This document shows positions 20,105 through 30,750 of a stretch of DNA of 64,000 nucleotides, piece by piece. Location of the stretch: the IMG/VR virus record IMGVR_UViG_3300043399_000877, positions 310,001 to 374,000 of that record. One strand, written 5' to 3'. Under the pieces are notes generated by a model. That model was given only the letters and a program-made list of their open reading frames with translations, ran no database searches and was not told the DNA's origin. A program made the position numbers and the translations under genes. Each line of letters begins with the position of its first letter. The stretch's first letter is position 1.

Positions 20105-23100
20105 TTATGCATTGTATTTGTAATTAGCGAACATAATGTATCTTTCGCCAACATTTGAAGTCACAGTATCGACAATATATCGATCTATGTCATAGTCTAT
20201 TTTGGTAAAGTCAAATCCGCTGTTTATTATGTTTTCTAAAATCGTCTGTGATTGTCCTGGTAAAGTATAGCACAACGGTACTGCTGGCACATAAAATACT
20301 TGCTCACTTTGATCGGTTTGTTGTGTTCTCATCCACAATGGCAAAAACTGACGTCCAATTTTTCCAGATTCTGAAATTCGATCTCGCATGTGTTCTAAAC
20401 TGCTCATAAAGAACTTGGTTATTGCGTTTTGACCAGCATTTACGGCATTGCTATCAACAGTAATTGTATTATCATTTATGTTTATAAATTCAAATTTTGG
20501 TATATTTCTCTTGTTGTCGATAGTCAATAGATTAGCATTCTTAACATTAAACGTGGATTTTGTTTTTCCACGCTCTGTCATCTTGGGATCTTTTAATTCA
20601 AGGTATACAACTTCATAGACGACGGTGTTTGAACCCGGTACCTTGGCAACCGCAGTCTTTATATCCCCGAGATTGAACCGCTTTCTTTTATGATTTTTTG
20701 CGATTGCTGCATGGAATTCATCCAAAGTTTTTGTTTCAATCCCAGCAAATACAAGTGTGCGCAATTCTTTTTGTAACCCAAAATTTGGATCACCTAGTCG
20801 GTAGATAAGTGCGGGATCAAATACCGACACATCATTGATAAACGTTTCAAATTCAGTTCGTTGAGCTTGACTTAACAACGGTTTCATGTATATGTTACTA
20901 TATTGTACGTCGTCTATATCGCTTACTGTTATAGTAAATTCGCGTGTCACTGCACTGAACCCAAATCTATCTCTTGCTATGGCTGTAAATTTGTAAACGC
21001 GATCGTATGTGGCAGACCCCCCGTCAAATGTGGTGGTACCGTTGTCAAAAGTAACTAATCCAGGTATTTCAGCTGAACCAAATTGAACAACTTTTCCAGA
21101 TATTTCACCATTTGATAGCAATTGCAATCCTGGCGGCAGTTTTCCGGAAATTAAATTGTATTTTAACGTTGAATCTACCAAAGTTGTTTCGGCTTTTATG
21201 TTAAGTGTACTCGGGCGATTTGCTATGATCGATCCCAAATTTGATGCAGTTAACCACTTTACTGTAGATTCTATTTCACCCAATACTGTGAGCGTAAACG
21301 TTTTTGACGACTCAGCAGTCTCTAGTTGTGCAACATTTATTTCTTCACTAAAACTGTTTCCCTTTAATACGGCAAGGCGATATGTTTGAAGAACATTTCC
21401 AGACATAACATCGCCGTCAACCAGTTTAACTCGATCGGGTGTTGCAAGAGTGTTTACAACTACCGATGTTGAGTTGTTAGAAACAAACAAACTTTGTATA
21501 TTGCTTAGTGAACGATTTGCCGCAGTTGACGGTATCAATATTTTTATAAGAGTGGCTTGATTTGTATTATTTGAGTTATAGGTTACTTCTGCATATGCCG
21601 CATACTGTGAAGTTTTTAATACATTTTCCAAAACTGTTTTTAAGTTTTGTCCGGGATATCCGGGCATTGTAACATATGATGATCCACTTACTGGGGCAAT
21701 TTCCCATTCTATATAAGGATACACATTTTCTATCTGGAATGGTTCTACTCCAGCCGGTCTTATAGTTCTACCAACATATGAATTTTTAGAATAGTCAGAT
21801 ATGGGTTCAACAAAGAAGTAATTTTGGTTTGTTGCACTTCTTTCTAACACCAAACTGTCTACATTTCTTTTTGGTAAGAGATTTGACGTTAGTATTATTT
21901 CGTCATATAACGGATTACCTTTTATTACATTCTCCACAGTGTACAGCCGTTGTTCAATAGATATTGAACGGCCCACCAATGAGTACAGGTCTTCTAATCC
22001 GTCATCAACGCCTTCCGGTAACTTGTATATTTTTACACTACGACCGCCAACCAGCGTATCTTCATAAAAATTTCCGGAAATAAATGCTCTATCAAGATCA
22101 CTAAAATAACGTGAAGCAGTTATTGTAAATTTATATTCTCTAGATATTGCTGGCTGATAGGGAATTTTTCCAAAAAGTTCGCCTGTTTGGTTATCTAACA
22201 CTAGCCCCGGCGGCACTTCGCTCGGGGACCCGTCGTCGTTAACGTCACTTACTCTATAAAATACTATACCGGATAGTGTGGGTGGATTTATTATATCTAA
22301 AAATACAGTGGCGTAATTGTTAGCACGTCTTACTCCTAAGTTTGATGGAGTAATCCACACGGGTCTTCTGATATTTGTAGCATCAGAAGTAAAAATACCA
22401 TTTCCCACCTTCATGATTGTGTTGTCGGCTTTTAGGTAATCGTCACCTACTAAGTATATTTTAAAAGTTCTTTTTACTTCAGTTACGCCGTCGGTCGCAG
22501 TTACTATAAATTGATAATAACGATTTAACTTTCGCGGAGTAACTGCGGACACCCCAAAATCATATACTGTAAAGTCATAAAAGAAACTGTCTATACCCTG
22601 CACACTTTTGTTTACACCAAAGTCAAGCGGGTATTTGCTAAAAGGACTTGTGTCATAACCACCATCACCAGCGTCTGTGTCTAAAGACAATAGTGGATCT
22701 ACAATTCCAACAAGACGCCCGTCTGACGTGAGCGTTATTCCCGGTGGCAATTCTCCGCTATCGCGTCCCATATAAAAAGTAATTTTTTCATTTGCCGAGA
22801 GATCTGTGTCTGAAACTGAAAGTTGAAAATCTATAGGTGAACTATCAAGTATGAAAAATTGATTGTTATCACCTACTGGAAGCAGCCCCTCCGGTGTCAT
22901 CCACACCGGGGCGTCTTCGCCGTTTACAATTATAGAAAAAGTTCTATCTGCAACAGTTGTCCCGAGTTTTGCTCGTATCACAAATCTAAACTTTTTTACA
23001 TTTGGAACTTCTAACGCTGTACCAACGATGCGATTGTTTTCTAAGCGCAATCCTGAAGGTAACTTACCGGATATCAGTGTTGTCGTTGCGTTGTTATTAG

Positions 23101-23185
23101 ACAACGGAAGATTGATACGTTGTTTTACACGTTCTTCTATGTTAGCCAACACAGTATCGTTTTTTACGGTCCATAAGTCTGCCAT
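20105..23185 (-). CDS. Baseplate wedge-like protein with Ig-like repeats
   Basis: Repeated SGKLPxGLxL...G.I.G...Y.FT..A motifs; 1026 aa; LPLWMRT near C-terminus. Confidence 0.7.
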   Translation of the reverse strand: MADLWTVKNDTVLANIEERVKQRINLPLSNNNATTTLISGKLPSGLRLENNRIVGTALEVPNVKKFRFVIRAKLGTTVADRTFSIIVNGEDAPVWMTPEGLLPVGDNNQFFILDSSPIDFQLSVSDTDLSANEKITFYMGRDSGELPPGITLTSDGRLVGIVDPLLSLDTDAGDGGYDTSPFSKYPLDFGVNKSVQGIDSFFYDFTVYDFGVSAVTPRKLNRYYQFIVTATDGVTEVKRTFKIYLVGDDYLKADNTIMKVGNGIFTSDATNIRRPVWITPSNLGVRRANNYATVFLDIINPPTLSGIVFYRVSDVNDDGSPSEVPPGLVLDNQTGELFGKIPYQPAISREYKFTITASRYFSDLDRAFISGNFYEDTLVGGRSVKIYKLPEGVDDGLEDLYSLVGRSISIEQRLYTVENVIKGNPLYDEIILTSNLLPKRNVDSLVLERSATNQNYFFVEPISDYSKNSYVGRTIRPAGVEPFQIENVYPYIEWEIAPVSGSSYVTMPGYPGQNLKTVLENVLKTSQYAAYAEVTYNSNNTNQATLIKILIPSTAANRSLSNIQSLFVSNNSTSVVVNTLATPDRVKLVDGDVMSGNVLQTYRLAVLKGNSFSEEINVAQLETAESSKTFTLTVLGEIESTVKWLTASNLGSIIANRPSTLNIKAETTLVDSTLKYNLISGKLPPGLQLLSNGEISGKVVQFGSAEIPGLVTFDNGTTTFDGGSATYDRVYKFTAIARDRFGFSAVTREFTITVSDIDDVQYSNIYMKPLLSQAQRTEFETFINDVSVFDPALIYRLGDPNFGLQKELRTLVFAGIETKTLDEFHAAIAKNHKRKRFNLGDIKTAVAKVPGSNTVVYEVVYLELKDPKMTERGKTKSTFNVKNANLLTIDNKRNIPKFEFININDNTITVDSNAVNAGQNAITKFFMSSLEHMRDRISESGKIGRQFLPLWMRTQQTDQSEQVFYVPAVPLCYTLPGQSQTILENIINSGFDFTKIDYDIDRYIVDTVTSNVGERYIMFANYKYNA

Positions 23186-23194
23186 CACAAATCC

Positions 23195-23851
23195 TTAAAT
23201 AAACGACCCAGTATCGCCCAAGTCTATAAGAACGTTGTTGGGTTCAAGTATTGTGCCCATGTTAATGTCAAATTGATTTATTATAAGATCAATAATATTT
23301 TGAATATTAACAGCAATGGGGCCTAAGTCTAAATCAAACAACCTTGACACTGTCTGATCCCACGGCACTCCGTTTATACTTAGAACATTTATTATGTCAT
23401 TTTGATTTGCATTTAATGTTTGAGAAAGGGTTGGATTTGTTTCATTTACCAACCCTCCAGTAACAGTTATTCTGTTAGTTAATGGATTGGCGTCGACGGT
23501 GATCCCTTCGCCACCAATCAGTGAATAAGTTGACCCTGGCACAAGAACTAGGGATCCGGTGTTGCCATTAATAAACGTACCCGGAGCATCGCTTGCTGAT
23601 ATCCTAATTGTATCAGCAGTTTGCTCTATGGTTATGTTGGTATTACCCGGGACAATGCTTCTAAAATTAATAGTATTCTCTACGCTGTCTTTAAATACTG
23701 TAGCACCGGGTGCTACAGTATTGCCGAACACAGAAACTTTCTCAAGTTCTAAAAATGAAAAGTTTGCGTTTATTTTTTCAAATGCAGTTCTAAGATCGTC
23801 GCCGGTTCCATCGTTTGCATAGTTACCCAAATTAATAAGAGTTACTGCCAT
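23195..23851 (-). CDS. Baseplate/tail protein with gp9/gp10-like N-terminus
   Basis: INLGNYANDGTGDDLRTAFEKINANF. Confidence 0.7.
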   Translation of the reverse strand: MAVTLINLGNYANDGTGDDLRTAFEKINANFSFLELEKVSVFGNTVAPGATVFKDSVENTINFRSIVPGNTNITIEQTADTIRISASDAPGTFINGNTGSLVLVPGSTYSLIGGEGITVDANPLTNRITVTGGLVNETNPTLSQTLNANQNDIINVLSINGVPWDQTVSRLFDLDLGPIAVNIQNIIDLIINQFDINMGTILEPNNVLIDLGDTGSFI

Positions 23852-23875
23852 TTTATTCTCCAATCAATATATTTA

Positions 23876-26653
23876 TCAGTAACCGTTGCCGACGACAAGC
23901 CAGCCATTTGAGTTAGATATTTCTAAATGTCCGCAGGATTTACCCAACAGTGCATCGGGCGCAGTAGTAACGTTGAGTATAAAGTTTCCGTCATCGTTGT
24001 TGGGTGCCAAGAGTTGCAAATCTGTTATCGGAATCCTTGCAGGTATAGATGCCCCATCACTGTCTATTTCTATAGAAAAGTCGTTGACATCAGATATCTC
24101 TAACCCGAGAGTTACTTCACTGGGGACCAGGAATATATCACTGGGTATTAAAACTCGGAATGTATTGTTAGTTCTCACAACACCGGTGCCCACTCTAGTG
24201 TTTGCTCCGGACCATTTTAATAGATAGTTGTTGTATTTGCGAGCATCCACTATTGTTTTATCCTCTGGAGGATTTTGGCCAGCCCACGCAGTTACTCCAT
24301 GAATTTTTGTATTGGACCAAATGCTTTGTTGAGTTCCGGTAGTTAAAGTAAAAATAAGGCTAGTGACGTCATTTATATCGATCGGAGATCCGCCGTCTGG
24401 TCCGAGAGAGCCCAATGCCGCAGTGGTTTCAATCATCCAATATCCGCGAGCAAATGACGGAACCGTTGTTGCACTTGCACTAACCGGAACAGTAACTCCA
24501 TTTACCGTAAAACCAAAAGTAATACCGTTTGTTGGCGGTTCGCCGGATCCGTATACTCGGTATGTCATGACGTTTCGGTCTATCAATGATGCTACTCTTC
24601 GGGCATCAGCGCCAACCCAAGTTTGTGTTATGCCTGTAAAATCGTTAGAAGAACTGCCATTCAGTAATAGTTCTTTGGACCATTGCGTGTATATGCCACG
24701 CTTTGTTTCAGTTATATTTGAGATAGTTGCAGTAATAGACATACCAGACGGTTGAAGTACCCATCTGTCAGAAATGTTTATATTTGTTGTTCCAGAAGTG
24801 CTAAAGCTAGTTCCTCTTGAATTTTCCCTAAAACCAGGATTGTCTAGTATTTGCACACATTGGTTTTGGGCAGGTTTTACTAATTTTATTCCCTGACTTA
24901 TGCATATTAGTTGTGAGTTTGATCCACGGCTGTCCGCCGGTCCGCTACCGGCTTTTAAGAAATGTATATACGGTGCTACGGTATCATTTTCATTCTGTTT
25001 TAATTGTATAGAATGACAATATCCCATAGCCGACGCGGGCAAAACTGCCACGGTTGTTCTTGGTCGTCTGTCAAGGGACGTAGCATTTAACCACACGTCA
25101 TCAGCATTAACTGAAATGCAAAATAAATGATTATCCGGTAAGCTGCCAACAAACCTGTCTCGATCGGTTATCAATAAATGTAATTTTCCACCATAATATA
25201 ATGAATGAACTGGATTTTCTCCTAATGGAACTTTGGTACTCTGCCATGAGGTCCAAGTGCCTATCGCTCCGTTAGTTGACTTCGACACGTACATTGGATA
25301 CGGGGATGCTGACCCACCCACGCGAGTAAACATCATCCAACCATATCCGGGTATTTGGACTATACTTGGTTCTACTGGAACAGCGTTTAACGGCAAACCT
25401 TGACTCCCATTCAATAACTCTTCATTCCAAGTAACACCGTTGTCCTGTGTTCGTAATACAGCAGCCCCGACGCCATCATCATATGATGCAACCATCCAAT
25501 CAGATGCGTTTCCACTAAATCCCGGAATCAACTGTCCGCATACGCGATGTTTTTTTGTAAATATTGGTTGATTACCAGTTCCAGTCCCCAATTGTATTCT
25601 AGCCCAAGTGCTGCCCCAGTTATCACTGTAAACAAACCATTGCTTTCTTGGATCCGGCCCACCAGTACCGTCAGTTCCGGTAGTTATAACTCCCCCGATT
25701 CTGTTGCTGTTCATCAAACCAAATGCAGCTGACAGTATTTTTGGATTTGATTCATCGCTGAAAATAGTTTTTCTTCCGGTTGTTGTCAGCCCAAAATCTT
25801 TAGAAACACTCCATAATATTGACGAACCTCTTGAGTAGTCCGGAGTCGATCCTACAATCTCAAACAAGTGTAGCTCATCAGATCCGGTATCAAATGCTGT
25901 ACCTGCAAAAGTAAATTCGTATGGATAAGATCTTAGTGAAACTGCTTCACCAGTGAAAGGTGTTTCTGGCTTTGAAGGTGCGTAATATGCAACATTGTTA
26001 ACTAGCCAAATACCATTGTATCCTGTAAAGTGTGTGGGTATTGCTGTTACAAGATAGGATTTTCCTTGTAAATCAATAGAGTACCCTCTAGGTACTCTAT
26101 TGAAAGCACTTGTATCATTTACAATTCCGTTTCCAACGGCGCCATACGCTGCGGCCTGCCCGGTATTTGCGACACTCAAAACTTTCCATTTTGCACCATC
26201 AGCACTTGAATATGCGCCAGTACCGTCACGGACTAAATTAAAAACTTTATTTGATGAAATAACTTGTATAAAATTTACTGTAGTGGGAACTGTCGCAAGT
26301 GACAATGCGCTGAATGATGCATACGGAGTTTTGACGTATGTTAAATCGGAAAATCCTTTGTTTATTAAAAATTGAGAATCTGATACTGTTTCACCGTAAG
26401 CTGATTCGTATATTGTTTTTAAACTGTATGGCCCAACGTTTCTACCTTCATCGGATAGCATTTTTTGAGAAACTTCTTGGTTATATGCTATAACTCCGGT
26501 TCCCTTTAGAGTTCCAACACTAGCGTTTCCGCCTTGCCCAAAAACCGAATATAGTTCTTTAAAGTTTTCGTTTACTTTGCGAAAACTTTCTCTAATGCTG
26601 TCTCCGGTTCCGTCGTTTCCTTCGATACCAATATTAACTTCCTGTCTAGCCAT
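23876..26653 (-). CDS. Tailspike/receptor-binding protein with BNR (Asp-box) sialidase-like propeller
   Basis: GNDGTGDSIRESFRKVNENF anchor; YGAVGNGIVNDTSAF; Asp-boxes SKDFGLT, YSDNWGSTW, TQDNGVTW. Confidence 0.75.
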   Translation of the reverse strand: MARQEVNIGIEGNDGTGDSIRESFRKVNENFKELYSVFGQGGNASVGTLKGTGVIAYNQEVSQKMLSDEGRNVGPYSLKTIYESAYGETVSDSQFLINKGFSDLTYVKTPYASFSALSLATVPTTVNFIQVISSNKVFNLVRDGTGAYSSADGAKWKVLSVANTGQAAAYGAVGNGIVNDTSAFNRVPRGYSIDLQGKSYLVTAIPTHFTGYNGIWLVNNVAYYAPSKPETPFTGEAVSLRSYPYEFTFAGTAFDTGSDELHLFEIVGSTPDYSRGSSILWSVSKDFGLTTTGRKTIFSDESNPKILSAAFGLMNSNRIGGVITTGTDGTGGPDPRKQWFVYSDNWGSTWARIQLGTGTGNQPIFTKKHRVCGQLIPGFSGNASDWMVASYDDGVGAAVLRTQDNGVTWNEELLNGSQGLPLNAVPVEPSIVQIPGYGWMMFTRVGGSASPYPMYVSKSTNGAIGTWTSWQSTKVPLGENPVHSLYYGGKLHLLITDRDRFVGSLPDNHLFCISVNADDVWLNATSLDRRPRTTVAVLPASAMGYCHSIQLKQNENDTVAPYIHFLKAGSGPADSRGSNSQLICISQGIKLVKPAQNQCVQILDNPGFRENSRGTSFSTSGTTNINISDRWVLQPSGMSITATISNITETKRGIYTQWSKELLLNGSSSNDFTGITQTWVGADARRVASLIDRNVMTYRVYGSGEPPTNGITFGFTVNGVTVPVSASATTVPSFARGYWMIETTAALGSLGPDGGSPIDINDVTSLIFTLTTGTQQSIWSNTKIHGVTAWAGQNPPEDKTIVDARKYNNYLLKWSGANTRVGTGVVRTNNTFRVLIPSDIFLVPSEVTLGLEISDVNDFSIEIDSDGASIPARIPITDLQLLAPNNDDGNFILNVTTAPDALLGKSCGHLEISNSNGWLVVGNGY

Positions 26654-26667
26654 ACTCTTACTCCGAT

Positions 26668-27024
26668 TTAAACTTGCACAAAGCGATCCATGTCAAAATT
26701 GACACTAACACCACAACCACAACTGCTCTTTGCATTGGGGTTTCTAATTTCAAAATTACTACCTATTAAACTTTTGACATAGTCTACTTCGGTACCGATT
26801 AAAAACATCAAACTGGATGCACCTATTACAAAGTTTCCTGACCCAGTATTCACAATAACATCATTTTTTTCAACATCTTCCGCTTTTTCAACGGTGCCCC
26901 AGTCATACTCAAATCCTGCACAGCCGCCGCCTTTTAAGTTTAAACTTATTGCATATACTCCGTGATCTTCGCAGAGTCTGTTGATTTGTGTTTTTGCTGA
27001 TTCAGTCAGTTTGCAAATATCCAT
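26668..27024 (-). CDS. IscA/HesB-family Fe-S cluster carrier
   Basis: GGGCAGFEY and NPNAKSSCGCGVS. Confidence 0.93.
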   Translation of the reverse strand: MDICKLTESAKTQINRLCEDHGVYAISLNLKGGGCAGFEYDWGTVEKAEDVEKNDVIVNTGSGNFVIGASSLMFLIGTEVDYVKSLIGSNFEIRNPNAKSSCGCGVSVNFDMDRFVQV

Positions 27025-27086
27025 TGTTGTCCCCTTCTTGATATTTAGCGTAAAATTCTACAACCTTAATGCTAATAAATAATTAT

Positions 27087-27374
27087 ATGTTTATTCGTGA
27101 AGAAAGTCAAATATTTGAATATACCAGAACCAGTAAAAATGGGAATATTCATACCTATAAACGGTCACGCCGTACAGTATTTTTTATTTGTGACAATTGT
27201 GACAGAGAATTTTCCAGACCCAGAGAACAAATGGACCCTAAACGATTAAGCAACAATTATTTTCATGTTTGTCCGGACTGCAACTCAAAAAAATTCGCCC
27301 AACGCCGAAGCATTGAGCGAAAAAAGAGTTGGGATCTTTTGGCTAGTAGTAGTTTGCCAGTAAGTAGATTATAG
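27087..27374 (+). CDS. Zn-finger hypothetical protein
   Basis: CDNC...CPDC; TAAATA upstream. Confidence 0.65.
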   Translation: MFIREESQIFEYTRTSKNGNIHTYKRSRRTVFFICDNCDREFSRPREQMDPKRLSNNYFHVCPDCNSKKFAQRRSIERKKSWDLLASSSLPVSRL

Positions 27375-27536
27375 CTTTTTATTTTTTATTTTTATGATAT
27401 AATCTGTGTTTGTGCGGGTCTGCTTTGCATCCCAGCCAAACCTCTTTGCAGAAGTTTCGTAAAACTTCTTGGGGTCCGTTGCATAGTATTTATCATAAAG
27501 CTCAAATAAAATTTTGTCTATTTCTATCCAATTCAT
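27369..27536 (-). CDS. Small hypothetical protein (55 aa)
   Basis: Hand-translated MNWIEIDKILFELYDKYY...; ATGA overlap with upstream gene. Confidence 0.55.
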   Translation of the reverse strand: MNWIEIDKILFELYDKYYATDPKKFYETSAKRFGWDAKQTRTNTDYIIKIKNKKL

Positions 27537-27850
27537 GTATCAAAACGCCGATTAATACTATCTGCTATATTTTTTTGAACTAACGCTATGTTGCGTTGAT
27601 CGTTACCCACACTGCGCAGTTTTTTTTCTAGTACAGATATACGAGCGTCCTGAAGTCTAATTTTTTCTTCAAGAGCTTGTACATAACGTCTAGACGGTAC
27701 TTCTCTTTCAGTACCGTCTTCACCAAGTAGTGTGTAATGATCTGATCCCTGTCCGCGCAACCCACCGGCTACACGGTTTGGATTTTTATTTGAATTTGCC
27801 GCGGGCTGTGCTGGTCGCGACGCACCATACATGCGATTTAAATAACTCAT
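27533..27850 (-). CDS. Coiled-coil hypothetical protein
   Basis: ATAAATACTGT-ATG start; KNPNRVAGGLRGQG. Confidence 0.65.
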   Translation of the reverse strand: MSYLNRMYGASRPAQPAANSNKNPNRVAGGLRGQGSDHYTLLGEDGTEREVPSRRYVQALEEKIRLQDARISVLEKKLRSVGNDQRNIALVQKNIADSINRRFDT

Positions 27851-27879
27851 ACAGTATTTATTTTTTTGGCAGTTTAATG

Positions 27880-28161
27880 TCAAGGTTTTAGAGATAAAAT
27901 AACAAACTGCCGATCAGTCAAATAAATTGTCGTTTTTCCAATAGCATAGTCATAGCCTTCACTGCTAAACTCATATGGAACCGGACACTTGTAAGTGTAT
28001 CTAACAGTTAGCCCGCGCCGTAAGAACATTGATTTTTTGGTCAACAAATTTTTTGCAAAGGGATTTAGAATTCGTCCTTCTTTGACTATTTCAACTTCAG
28101 TAACGTATTCAAAAATACCATTAGGGTCGACTATAGATTGGATGGCTGATTCAATACCCAT
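27880..28161 (-). CDS. Hypothetical protein
   Basis: ORF in operon. Confidence 0.55.
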   Translation of the reverse strand: MGIESAIQSIVDPNGIFEYVTEVEIVKEGRILNPFAKNLLTKKSMFLRRGLTVRYTYKCPVPYEFSSEGYDYAIGKTTIYLTDRQFVILSLKP

Positions 28162-28165
28162 TGCA

Positions 28166-29188
28166 TTACATCTTTCTATACTGTTCGTATAACGCTATAC
28201 TGGCAAGATTCTTCATCTTTGCCTCTACCATTATATCACCATGTTCTAGAAATCCCAGAGCCCATTCATTGCATGCATGGTTCCACATGTAATCGCTGTG
28301 CGCCCTTAGTTTGGCTTTTTTGTGTCCGGTAGCAAGCAGTCCGGCAAAATCGGGCCGTACACTAGGATCATGTTGTGACAACTGGTCTTCCCTTGATACA
28401 CTGTAATGAAAAACAGGGCGTACGCCGCGCCAGCTATCAACAATACGAGCAACCCGAGTATCGTCTGGTTCAATATATTCTCCTTCACTGTTGCACCAGT
28501 GATGGTGCAGATCTAATACCAGTGCAACATGCTTCTCAAGTTCAAGACTTGCATCGATGCCCCAGCTATTCTCGTCATTTTCGATAGTGATACTGTTACG
28601 TGCTTCCGGACTCAAACGTGGCAATACGTCGATGATTCCTTGAGGACCACGCCGGCCGCTAATATGAACGTTGCATTTGAAGTCCTGAAATTTCAAGCCA
28701 TAACCCATCCAACGGATAAGGTCAGCATGATATTCAAATTCTTCTACACTACGAGCGACAATATCATCATTATCACTTGCGAGAACAGTAAACTGGCCAG
28801 GATGCATAGACAGGCGAACATCAAGGCGCCGTGCAGCCTCACCCACACGATTGTACGCATGTTCACAATACCTTTTGACATCGCTTTGGCGCCAGAAATA
28901 ACTCCAAGAAGACTCAGTATAAAGAGGAAGCTGGTTAGAACCGAGACGGACCATCCGAAGACCATCAGGCAAACTCCCCACATACTCTACTAAATTCAAT
29001 GCGGCTTGCGCATTGTGTTTCATGATTTCCCATAGTTTATCCTCCGCTACGGAACGTTTCTGTCTGTTCATCCAAGCAACAGTTGTGCTTTTTTCAGAGT
29101 AGTTGCGTTGAATTTCTTCCAGCAATTTCACTGGCTGCTTTTGGTCTGGATGCATGTATTTACATGCGAATCCGATACGTCGTGTCAT
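28166..29188 (-). CDS. uvsE: UV-damage endonuclease
   Basis: RIGFACK, RLSMHPGQF, IENDE, LDLHHH, RAHSD, MVEAKMK. Confidence 0.93.
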   Translation of the reverse strand: MTRRIGFACKYMHPDQKQPVKLLEEIQRNYSEKSTTVAWMNRQKRSVAEDKLWEIMKHNAQAALNLVEYVGSLPDGLRMVRLGSNQLPLYTESSWSYFWRQSDVKRYCEHAYNRVGEAARRLDVRLSMHPGQFTVLASDNDDIVARSVEEFEYHADLIRWMGYGLKFQDFKCNVHISGRRGPQGIIDVLPRLSPEARNSITIENDENSWGIDASLELEKHVALVLDLHHHWCNSEGEYIEPDDTRVARIVDSWRGVRPVFHYSVSREDQLSQHDPSVRPDFAGLLATGHKKAKLRAHSDYMWNHACNEWALGFLEHGDIMVEAKMKNLASIALYEQYRKM

Positions 29189-29430
29189 GCTCGTCCTGCC
29201 AATATTTTAAAAATTTGATGATAGCTGTTTTTGCACTGTTGCAACGCCCAGTCTAACTGCCGTGCGGGCATGTTGTCAACTACTTGATCGATGTCTCGAT
29301 CAAGGTCAGTATGACTGTACATTCTCTTAAAAACCAAACGGTTACTTTCGTCTAACTTGGAGAGTATGCGTTTAATTTCAGATCTTTTCTGTTTTGGGGT
29401 CATAGATTTTGTGTGCATTTGCAATAACAA
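29185..29430 (-). CDS. Hypothetical protein
   Basis: ORF; true start probably downstream of 29430. Confidence 0.55.
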   Translation of the reverse strand: MLLQMHTKSMTPKQKRSEIKRILSKLDESNRLVFKRMYSHTDLDRDIDQVVDNMPARQLDWALQQCKNSYHQIFKILAGRA

Positions 29431-29455
29431 TAGCGTAAAGTTTTAACACTGTCAA
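29427..29455 (-). promoter_or_regulatory. Sigma70-type early promoter
   Basis: TTGACA-17-TATTGT. Confidence 0.6.
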
Positions 29456-30147
29456 CACCAATTATTCTGCACCCATGAATCAGCACATTCATGAGGATTT
29501 GGCTTTCCATGAAAAACTGCAATACAGGTATCGTCGCCAAACTTTGGTGGCTCGTCTACGAGAAAATTCAAACCATTAGTGGTTTTTACCAACTGTGTTT
29601 TATTGCGCATTTCCCATTTGTAACTCATGACCCATTCATCTGGCCAAAACTCAAATTCTTTAATCTGATCATACAAATAGTCTTGATCACCGGCATACCG
29701 TGCTGTATACGATGTTTTGTTTTTTGTAAAATTATCATATACCTCTGAATGATGCCCACTTTCAAATCTAAATACGCTGCTGTTCATACGCTTCCATGAC
29801 GGAATTTGGTGACGGGTAAAATCTCTTATAATACAAAACTCTCCGGGCTTGTATTCAAAAAACTTATCTAGTGATCCAAACACCACTACATCTAAATCTA
29901 AAAACAGGATAGAACCGCTTAACGGCAAGTCATTACTCAAGAACCACAGTTTGTTCCACCATCCTGCTACTTTTATATCAGGTATATTGTATACGCTAAC
30001 AGCGGGGTCTATGCCACTACGGTCGTCAGTAAAACATGTAAATTGATATGGTAGGGACAAATTTCTCCCTACCATACTGTGCAGTCGATTTACATAGTCT
30101 GCTGAATATTTTGTACCCCACTTGAGGCACACTACGTGATTAGTCAA
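29452..30147 (-). CDS. GT-A fold glycosyltransferase (GT8-like)
   Basis: CLKWGTKY, WWNKL, FLDLDVV (DxD), NSSVF, GDQDY, FHGKPNP; probable TTG start overlapping queD end. Confidence 0.8.
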   Translation of the reverse strand: MTNHVVCLKWGTKYSADYVNRLHSMVGRNLSLPYQFTCFTDDRSGIDPAVSVYNIPDIKVAGWWNKLWFLSNDLPLSGSILFLDLDVVVFGSLDKFFEYKPGEFCIIRDFTRHQIPSWKRMNSSVFRFESGHHSEVYDNFTKNKTSYTARYAGDQDYLYDQIKEFEFWPDEWVMSYKWEMRNKTQLVKTTNGLNFLVDEPPKFGDDTCIAVFHGKPNPHECADSWVQNNWC

Positions 30148-30646
30148 GAAGGTTTTCGTTCCATTCACGATGGCCTTCGCGGAAAGCCATATTTGCTTGA
30201 GTTTCACGAACTTCAACACGGAAACACCACAAACGTTCGGCTTCTCCCGGCCCCCACATGTCCGGAATGTACACGCCGTTTACATACTTATAGAGCATGT
30301 CAGCCAAACTTTCACAGCCCAACTTGGGTAATACAGTTAGTTTGGCCATCTTTCTACGTTCCAGTTCACGATAAATGTCCATGTTGGGATCGTCTTCAGC
30401 AACCAAAAGTGTGTGATCAAATTGGTCTTCCAATACCTTTTTTAATTCTTTTAGACCGCCGTAGTCTGCTGCCCAGTTTCTAATGTCTAAGTCGTTTGTT
30501 CCAAAATAAAATTTCATACTAAAACTGTAGCCATGAATGGTATTGCAATGGCTGTCAGCCCGCCATTGTCTATAAGCACACGGGAATGCATCAATATATT
30601 CTTTTGTGCTAACATATTTGTAAGTAATTGGTTCAAATCTTGCCAT
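30140..30646 (-). CDS. queD: 6-carboxytetrahydropterin synthase
   Basis: SHCNTIHGYS, DYGGLK, FDHTLL, ESLA, VRET; SD GGAGG before ATG 30646. Confidence 0.88.
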   Translation of the reverse strand: MARFEPITYKYVSTKEYIDAFPCAYRQWRADSHCNTIHGYSFSMKFYFGTNDLDIRNWAADYGGLKELKKVLEDQFDHTLLVAEDDPNMDIYRELERRKMAKLTVLPKLGCESLADMLYKYVNGVYIPDMWGPGEAERLWCFRVEVRETQANMAFREGHREWNENLLD

Positions 30647-30722
30647 CTCTTGCCTCCATGAAGTAAGTTTGATGACACGCAGAGTATTTAAAGTGGGATG
30701 AGCGTCCGAGTCCACTATTCAT
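30647..30722 (-). promoter_or_regulatory. Structured 5' leader of queD, preQ1-I-riboswitch-like
   Basis: AGUGG-ACUCGGACGCUCAUC-CCACU-UUAAAUACUCUGCGUG; stem plus possible loop-tail pseudoknot; promoter TAGACT-17-TACAGT directly upstream. Confidence 0.5.
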
Positions 30723-30750
30723 AAACTGTAGCATAGGATTTGTAAAAAGT

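Noticed and set aside
30633-30722. uORF MNSGLGRSSHFKYSACHQTYFMEARDGKI as a queuosine-codon sensor
   Set aside because: Only 6 of 29 NAY codons, not clearly enriched; RNA structure explains the region better (not fully excluded).
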